57,102 nucleotides of DNA, from the IMG/VR virus record IMGVR_UViG_3300014161_000001, positions 1 through 57,102 of that record; one strand, 5' to 3'. Origin of the DNA: a virus. Lineage: Duplodnaviria; Caudoviricetes. This document shows positions 51,553 to 57,102 of the stretch, one piece after another. Positions within the stretch are counted from its first letter, which is position 1. Every line of letters begins with the position of its first letter. The notes under the pieces are model-generated. The model searched no databases. It was not told the DNA's origin and saw only the letters and a list, made by a program, of their open reading frames with translations. The translations under genes were made by a program, and so were the position numbers.

Positions 51553-51845
51553 GTGAATAGAACCGAGTTACTGGCTCGAAGATTGTTTTGTCGGGCCGAG
51601 CATCTCGAACCAAGTGTTGACTGTGATTGGGAAGCTGACGACCGCGGCTGGTCGAAGCTTTCTGGCCACAGACAGGTTTCTGGATGTCTCTGGCCAAGGA
51701 GGCGCTGCTTGAGATCGATGATTCTGTCGAGCGGAAGCATCGCTTGGCCGCCGTGCTCGATGAGAACAGCATCGACAAATTTCGCGGTCGGCCGTATGAC
51801 GAATACATCGCTCATGTGTTTACCAAGCTGATAGAGGCGATGTGA
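51553..51845 (+). pseudogene. Frameshifted low-GC hypothetical gene
   Basis: GGAG RBS, MNRTELLARR..HRQ then protein-like sequence continues in the -1 frame (FWMSLAKEALL..KLIEAM) after GTTTC at 51676-51680. Confidence 0.5.
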
Positions 51846-52105
51846 TGGCGCTGCCGCTTCTCGGCGGGAGATCCTGCCGGTCGTGCGTTTACCGGCGGCT
51901 CTTCGATCAGGCTGTCTTCTGCTACCGCTATCCGCCGGTCGTGGTCGTCGTCCCGACGCCGGACGGGCGAGGCGGCGTGGCGGTTGGCTTCCAGTCGGTC
52001 TACCCGCAGGTCAATCCCGACATGCCTTGTGGGGAGTACGCGCGCAGCGAGTCGCTCGCGGCGGAGGAGGTGCGGCAGAGCGTGCTTGGGGAGACGCGCC
52101 AGTGA
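51845..52105 (+). CDS. Cys-motif hypothetical protein
   Basis: CRSCVY..CYRYPP..YP.V....CGEY family pattern. Confidence 0.75.
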   Translation: MALPLLGGRSCRSCVYRRLFDQAVFCYRYPPVVVVVPTPDGRGGVAVGFQSVYPQVNPDMPCGEYARSESLAAEEVRQSVLGETRQ

Positions 52106-52377
52106 GTGAGAGGAAACTCAGGCCTGGTGCGTTCTACTGGGCGAAACCGGCGTTCGACGTCGACTTCACGCCGCCGGGTTTCGATTGCAACGAGTGGACC
52201 GAAGATTTTTGCAGGGCCAGTCTTGCGCATTGGTCGCAGAACGAGCAGCCGGCGCGCTTTGACGGCTACGGCGACGACAATGAAGAGCATTGGATGTGGA
52301 TCGGTATTGATGAGCCGTGCGAGGGTGGGAATACCTGGTGGCCGGCTTGCTGGGTCGGCGAGGAGATTAAGCAGTGA
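52102..52377 (+). CDS. Trp-rich hypothetical protein
   Basis: GGAG RBS; GTGA overlaps. Confidence 0.7.
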   Translation: MSERKLRPGAFYWAKPAFDVDFTPPGFDCNEWTEDFCRASLAHWSQNEQPARFDGYGDDNEEHWMWIGIDEPCEGGNTWWPACWVGEEIKQ

Positions 52378-52562
52378 CGTTCTATCTCGATCCGACTCTC
52401 GACGGCCGCGAGCTCAACGCCTTTCGCTTCGAGCGCTACGCTCGGGATGGGTGGGTGAACTGGGCCGAGTGCGCGCCGTCGCCGCATGTCGAGATTGAGC
52501 GCCGTCGGGAGACGGGGTCTGTTTTGAGGATTCGGCCGAAGAGTTGGACGGTTTTATCTTAA
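52374..52562 (+). CDS. Hypothetical protein
   Basis: AGGAG RBS; GTGA overlap. Confidence 0.6.
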   Translation: MTFYLDPTLDGRELNAFRFERYARDGWVNWAECAPSPHVEIERRRETGSVLRIRPKSWTVLS

Positions 52563-52831
52563 GCGACTATCATAAACGAATGGTTCTGGAGGCCGGTCAC
52601 GTGAGCGAGCTCGACGACCTGGAGCGCGAGCTCCTGCAGGCGGTCGACGTCTGGTTCGACAAGCGCTTGCACATGAAGCTGCAGCGGCTGGTCCAGATCG
52701 CGCGCGCCGGCGACGCGGCGCTGCGGTATGCGCTCGCGTCGGGAACCGGACCCGACAGCGGCGCTGCGCCGCGGGGAACCGCTGCAATTTCGTCGTCGGG
52801 GCGGTCTTTCGAGGTTGGCGGCGGGATATGA
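52544..52831 (+). CDS. Hypothetical protein (start uncertain)
   Basis: Protein-like central region; ATGA overlap with next gene. Confidence 0.55.
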   Translation: MDGFILSDYHKRMVLEAGHVSELDDLERELLQAVDVWFDKRLHMKLQRLVQIARAGDAALRYALASGTGPDSGAAPRGTAAISSSGRSFEVGGGI

Positions 52832-53016
52832 CGCGTCACTGGCGGGACAAGGGCGACGACGCCAAGCGCTACCATGTGACGATCGCCGTGTCGCATAGGC
52901 TGCGCGATCGGCTGTGGGCCTTCGCCGAGAAGCTCGGCCGTCCGCCGACGGTGGTGGCCCACGATCTGATCGACGCCGGCGTGCCGGCGGAGGAGAAGCG
53001 GGAGACGGCGGCATGA
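52828..53016 (+). CDS. Possible ribbon-helix-helix protein
   Basis: HVTIAVS..LRDRL..FAEKLGRPPTVVAHDLI. Confidence 0.6.
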   Translation: MTRHWRDKGDDAKRYHVTIAVSHRLRDRLWAFAEKLGRPPTVVAHDLIDAGVPAEEKRETAA

Positions 53017-53222
53017 GCGAGGATCAGGACCGGTTCGCCTTCGACGCCGGCTACATGTCGCCGGAGTTCGCGCTCGCCAGCTGCGGCTATCTCAGCCTCG
53101 ACCCGCGGCGCTTGCCGGAGATGTTGGATCGTCTGCCGGCGCCGGTCAGCCGGCGCGAGCGCGCCGTCGTCGCGGCGATTCGCTGGCGCATCGGGCATGC
53201 GAGCCGCCGGTTCGCTGTGTGA
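53013..53222 (+). CDS. Hypothetical protein
   Basis: GGAG RBS; ATGA overlap. Confidence 0.6.
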   Translation: MSEDQDRFAFDAGYMSPEFALASCGYLSLDPRRLPEMLDRLPAPVSRRERAVVAAIRWRIGHASRRFAV

Positions 53223-53232
53223 GGAGAGGGTC

Positions 53233-53643
53233 GTGGACAAGGTCGAGAAGCTTGCGCGCGTCATCGCCGGCGCGGTTTCCGGGCTGAGCCCCGACACGCG
53301 CGTCGCGCTGGGCGAGCCCTTCCGCGTCCGGGGTCTCTACGGTTACGGCATTCCGGTCGAGGATCTTACCCGACCGTTGTGGAGCGAGTTCGTGTGGGCG
53401 GCGCAGGCGGTGCTGGCCGCTGGGTTTGACTGCCTCGACGAGCCGGCGGGCGAAATTGGCGGCGAGTCTGCTGATGGGTTGGCGACGGGGGATGACTCGG
53501 GCGTCGAGGTGACGGCGGCCTTCGCCGGCGGTGGGGGCGCTAAGCCCGTGTCGGCCGCCACGGTCGCTGCGTGGAGAGATCTCGAGCGCGATCCGTCTCT
53601 GGCGACGGACAAGGCGTGGCTCGAGCGGGCGGGGCTCGCGTGA
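53233..53643 (+). CDS. Hypothetical protein
   Basis: GAGGAG RBS, GTG start. Confidence 0.65.
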   Translation: MDKVEKLARVIAGAVSGLSPDTRVALGEPFRVRGLYGYGIPVEDLTRPLWSEFVWAAQAVLAAGFDCLDEPAGEIGGESADGLATGDDSGVEVTAAFAGGGGAKPVSAATVAAWRDLERDPSLATDKAWLERAGLA

Positions 53644-54272
53644 GGACTGATCTCTACGAGGCGCTCGGCGTGGCGCGGGACGCGGCGCCCGACGAGGTTC
53701 GCCGCGCCTACCGGCGGGCCGCCAAGAGGGCGCATCCGGACGGCGGCGGCACGGTCGAGTCGTTCGCGCTGGTCAGGACTGCGGTCGAGGTGTTGACCGA
53801 CGAGGCGCGGCGCGCTCGCTACGACCGCACCGGCGAGGTCGGCGAGAGGCCGGTCGACCAGAGCGAGTCGCTGGCGATGACCGTGGCGATGAATGCTCTC
53901 GACGCGGTGCTCGGCCATATTCTCAGGCGCGGCGGCGATCCGGCGAGCTACGACGTCATCGCCGACGCCAGGACGCACCTGAGGAAGTGCCTCCTCGATG
54001 CCGAGACGAAGATCGAGGGAATGCTCGCCGAGGCGGGGGCGATCAGGAAACTGTCGGGGCGCTTTCGCGCCAAGAAGGGCAGAGCGAATCGCCTTGGCGC
54101 GATGTTCGTCGCGCGCGCCGTCGAGGTCGAGCGCGGCGCGGCGCGCGGGCGAGAGGAGTGGACGAACATCAAGCGGGCTCTGGCGATTCTCGACGAGCAT
54201 GTGTTCGACGTCGACGTGATGCGGGCGCAATCGGCGGCGGTCGGATCGCTTTTTATGAGCAGGTTCGGCTGA
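53640..54272 (+). CDS. DnaJ-domain protein
   Basis: DLYEALGV..VRRAYRR.AK..HPD..F....AVEVL.D..RRARYD. Confidence 0.9.
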   Translation: MRTDLYEALGVARDAAPDEVRRAYRRAAKRAHPDGGGTVESFALVRTAVEVLTDEARRARYDRTGEVGERPVDQSESLAMTVAMNALDAVLGHILRRGGDPASYDVIADARTHLRKCLLDAETKIEGMLAEAGAIRKLSGRFRAKKGRANRLGAMFVARAVEVERGAARGREEWTNIKRALAILDEHVFDVDVMRAQSAAVGSLFMSRFG

Positions 54273-56158
54273 TGCCGCCGCGCTCGAAGAAGTGGCTCCG
54301 TCTGCTCGAGGACTTCGTCTCCGAGCTGCGCATCCGGTCGAAGGAGGTCGCCTCTATCGACGAGCGCGGCGCCAGGCTGGAGATGTGGGAGAGCCAGCGG
54401 CGGTTCCTGCGCGAGATCGGCCAGGGCCTCGACGATGGCGTCCACTCGTTCAACTGTCTGAAGAGCCGCCAGGTCGGGATCACCACTCTCTCGCTGGCGA
54501 TCGACGTCTTCTGGCTGGCGGTTCATCACAATCTCACCGGCTGTCTCGTCACCGACACCGAGAAGAACCGCGAGATCAACCGCAGCATCGTCAAAGGCTA
54601 TATCGAGTCGTTTCCCGAGGGCTATTTCGGCGAGGCGTTCCGGATTGTTCGGTCGAACCGGCAGATGCTGCAGTTCTCCAACGGGTCGCGGCTCGATCTG
54701 CTGGCGGCGGGGACCAAGAAGAAGTCGATCGCCTGGGGCGAGGGCCAGGGTTACGCGTTGCTCCACGCGACCGAGGTTGCGAGCTATGGCGACGTCGAGG
54801 GGTTCAAGTCGCTCGAGGAGGGTCTCGCTCAGGCCAATCCCGATCGGCTGTTCATGCGCGAGTCGACCGCCAAGGGGATGAACCACTGGAGGTCGCGCTG
54901 GATCGCCGGTCTCAGCGACATGACGGAGCGGTCGTTCTTCATTGGCTGGTGGGCCGGCGACAAAAATCAGATCCCGCGCGGCGACTCGCGCTTCGCGGTC
55001 TACGGTCTGGCGCCGGAGACCGGCGACGAGGCGAGGGCGGTCAGGGATGTGTGGCGGCTCTACCAGCACCGCATCACGCCCGAGCAGCTGGCGTGGCACC
55101 GCTGGCGGCGAGAGAAGGCCGGCGCCGAGCAGGGCCTGATGGATCAGAACCAGCCATCGACCCACGAGGAGGCGTTCGTCAAGACCGGTTACTCGTTCTT
55201 CCAGGTGCGGGCGGTCGGCCAGGACATCAAGGCGCTCCAGGATGACCCGCCGGTCTTCCAGGGCTACCGCTACGAGGTCGACAGCGACTTCTACCATTTC
55301 CGTTTGGTCAGGCTCGACCCCGAGGTCGACAGCGTCGACGCGGTCGAGCTGAAGGTGTGGGAAGAGCCGGTCGAGAATGGGCAGTACGTGATCGGGTTCG
55401 ACCCGGCTTACGGTCGCAACGAGCACAAGGATCACCACGCGATCCAGGTGTGCCGCTGCTTCGCCGACAGGATCGTTCAGGTAGCCGAGTACGTCACCTG
55501 CGACGTCGAGGTTAAGCACGCCGCGTGGGTGCTGTTTCATCTCTGCGCCGCCTACCGCGACTCGATGGCCAACGTCGAGATCGGCGGGCCGGGTCGGCTG
55601 GTGATGAGCGAGTTCGACCACTTGCGCCAGCTGATCAGCGCCGAGATGAACCGCGAGCGCACCGCGGCGCGCGGCTGGGAAGACGCCGCCGCCAACGCGC
55701 GCTGGTACCTTTACCACAAGCAGGACAGCCCCGGCGCCGGCTATCTGGCGAACTTCGAGACCAGCTGGCGCACCAAGACGGAGCTGCTGCACGGTTACCG
55801 CGGCGCCTACATGACGCGCGAGCTCGTCATCCGCTCGCTCGGGCTCCTGCGCGAGATGAGCATCGTGGTCGACAATGATGGCGACGTCGGTGCGCCCGAG
55901 TCGAGCGATGAGAACTGCAAGGATGATCGCGTTTTCGCCATGGCGCTGGCGAGACGGGCCTGGAGCGACTGGGTGCAGAAGGATATGCTGGCGCGTGGGT
56001 TGACCTACGAGGTCGTCATGCGCGAGGAGAGCGGCCGGGAGACGCGCCAGCAGACCGCGGTCAACTCGATCGTGCGCAATTTTCTGCTTACGGCTGAGGC
56101 GCGGGCCAGCGCCGAGCCGGAGCCGCCGAAGTGGATGACCGATCAGGGGCTCGCGTGA
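54272..56158 (+). CDS. terL: Terminase large subunit
   Basis: LKSRQVGIT Walker A, LHATEVA Walker B, ESTAKG, FFIGWW, IGFDPAYG, DDRVFA nuclease motifs. Confidence 0.92.
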   Translation: MPPRSKKWLRLLEDFVSELRIRSKEVASIDERGARLEMWESQRRFLREIGQGLDDGVHSFNCLKSRQVGITTLSLAIDVFWLAVHHNLTGCLVTDTEKNREINRSIVKGYIESFPEGYFGEAFRIVRSNRQMLQFSNGSRLDLLAAGTKKKSIAWGEGQGYALLHATEVASYGDVEGFKSLEEGLAQANPDRLFMRESTAKGMNHWRSRWIAGLSDMTERSFFIGWWAGDKNQIPRGDSRFAVYGLAPETGDEARAVRDVWRLYQHRITPEQLAWHRWRREKAGAEQGLMDQNQPSTHEEAFVKTGYSFFQVRAVGQDIKALQDDPPVFQGYRYEVDSDFYHFRLVRLDPEVDSVDAVELKVWEEPVENGQYVIGFDPAYGRNEHKDHHAIQVCRCFADRIVQVAEYVTCDVEVKHAAWVLFHLCAAYRDSMANVEIGGPGRLVMSEFDHLRQLISAEMNRERTAARGWEDAAANARWYLYHKQDSPGAGYLANFETSWRTKTELLHGYRGAYMTRELVIRSLGLLREMSIVVDNDGDVGAPESSDENCKDDRVFAMALARRAWSDWVQKDMLARGLTYEVVMREESGRETRQQTAVNSIVRNFLLTAEARASAEPEPPKWMTDQGLA

Positions 56159-56168
56159 GGAGAGTGCG

Positions 56169-56525
56169 ATGGCGAGAACGCAGAGAGAGCCTGAATTCGC
56201 CAGGCCGCGCGTCGGCGTCAGGGCGCCGCAGGAGGCCGACGATGCGCTGTTTGGCGACGAGACGCCGGCCGGGTCGGCGTTCGATCCGCTCGCCGGCTGG
56301 TCGCCGCTGCCCGATCCGCCGGCGCTGGGGCGCTACGGCGCGTCGCCCTACGGCCACGCGCCGGTGCTGTTGACGCTCGACGGCGTCGTCTCGGTCGCGG
56401 CGCGGTGGCGGACGACGCGGCGGTTCTCTTGGCCGAGATGGGTCCTGTGCGGCTTCTGGGCCGATCGTGTCACTGGTCAGCCGATCGGCTTCGAGCCGAA
56501 GATGTGGCGGGAGCTGCGAGAGTGA
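56169..56525 (+). CDS. Hypothetical protein
   Basis: GAGGAG RBS; FEPKMWRE ending. Confidence 0.7.
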   Translation: MARTQREPEFARPRVGVRAPQEADDALFGDETPAGSAFDPLAGWSPLPDPPALGRYGASPYGHAPVLLTLDGVVSVAARWRTTRRFSWPRWVLCGFWADRVTGQPIGFEPKMWRELRE

Positions 56526-57102
56526 CGACCGAGACCGTTCAGTCCGAGTGGGTCAACCCGGAGCGGTACCTGGGGCCGCGGATGAAGCGCATCACCTTCC
56601 AGTGCGACCGCTGCGGGCACACCTGGGTCCGCACGCTCAGGGTCGAGCCGAAGAGGAACCCGCCCTGCCCGAGTCGACGCTGCGAAGAGGTCGCGCGTCT
56701 CGCCGAGCTGGAGCGCGAGAACGAGAATCTGCGCCGCATGCTGGAGGAGGGGCGCGGGCCGGCGACGATCGGCGCCAGCGCGCGGGTCAGGGCGGTCGAC
56801 GAGACGGCGCGCATTGTCATGGAGGACAACCGCCTCACCGACCTGCGCGGCAGCCAGCGCGAGGGCGACATCGTCGCGCCGAGCCTGCCGCAGGCGCAGC
56901 AGCAGATGGCCGACGCGATGTTTGCGCCGAGGAAGACGAGCGGCGTCGTGCCGGTGATCGACGCGGGCGGCGGGCCGCGGCGGGCGATTCCGGCGGCGCG
57001 GCTCCAGGCGATCGGCCAGCGGGCGATCGCCGGCGCTTACCGTCTCGCCTCGGTCAAGCCGACCGCGGTGCTGCCGCGCGAGAAGCCGCCGTCGCTACAG
57101 CT
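56522..57102 (+). CDS. Zinc-ribbon protein (continues across origin to 96)
   Basis: GTGA overlap; FQCDRCGH..CPSRRC, LTDLR..REGD; no stop before window end. Confidence 0.75.
   Translation, partial: MTTETVQSEWVNPERYLGPRMKRITFQCDRCGHTWVRTLRVEPKRNPPCPSRRCEEVARLAELERENENLRRMLEEGRGPATIGASARVRAVDETARIVMEDNRLTDLRGSQREGDIVAPSLPQAQQQMADAMFAPRKTSGVVPVIDAGGGPRRAIPAARLQAIGQRAIAGAYRLASVKPTAVLPREKPPSLQ
57062..57102. repeat. Terminal direct repeat, right copy
   Basis: Identical to 1-41. Confidence 0.95.

Noticed and set aside
51495-51815. Minus-strand 106-aa ORF
   Set aside because: It opposes the surrounding operon; the frameshifted plus-strand reading has the RBS and coupling.

Overview
The window looks like a complete, circularly closed genome of about 57.06 kb from a GC-rich tailed dsDNA phage; bases 1-41 equal 57062-57102 and one ORF reads across the join. 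It has a podovirus-like virion module: portal, scaffold, capsid, tail adaptor and nozzle, a GNAT gene and three ejection proteins, with no tape measure or sheath. It also has a long accessory tail/fibre cluster and a lysis cassette with a DUF1906 glycoside hydrolase and a class-3 lipase. The replication module comprises RusA, an SNF2-type helicase, a DUF2800 nuclease, a DUF2815 SSB, family A DNA polymerase and a primase-helicase followed by an ori-like hairpin array. A serine resolvase, a DnaJ-domain gene and the large terminase complete the genome. GapR (DUF2312)-like and GcrA-like genes point to an alphaproteobacterial host (inference). The most striking feature is a pair of transposase-less, single-gene mobile cassettes (36802-37181 and 39423-40141). 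They share an identical 35-bp left end with built-in RBS and stop codon, an identical 21-bp right end and 22-bp imperfect terminal inverted repeats. Each has its own 8-bp target-site duplication and an unrelated low-GC passenger gene (an unknown protein; an RNA-ligase-family protein). Removing either cassette in silico restores a clean native gene junction. Other notable signals are a run of signal-peptide-bearing proteins in the tail module (including the tail fibre), a portal gene inverted relative to all other virion genes, a genome-wide TAACA-N3-TGTTA operator, and atypical catalytic-motif residues in the polymerase. All product names come from motif recognition by eye, not from database searches.
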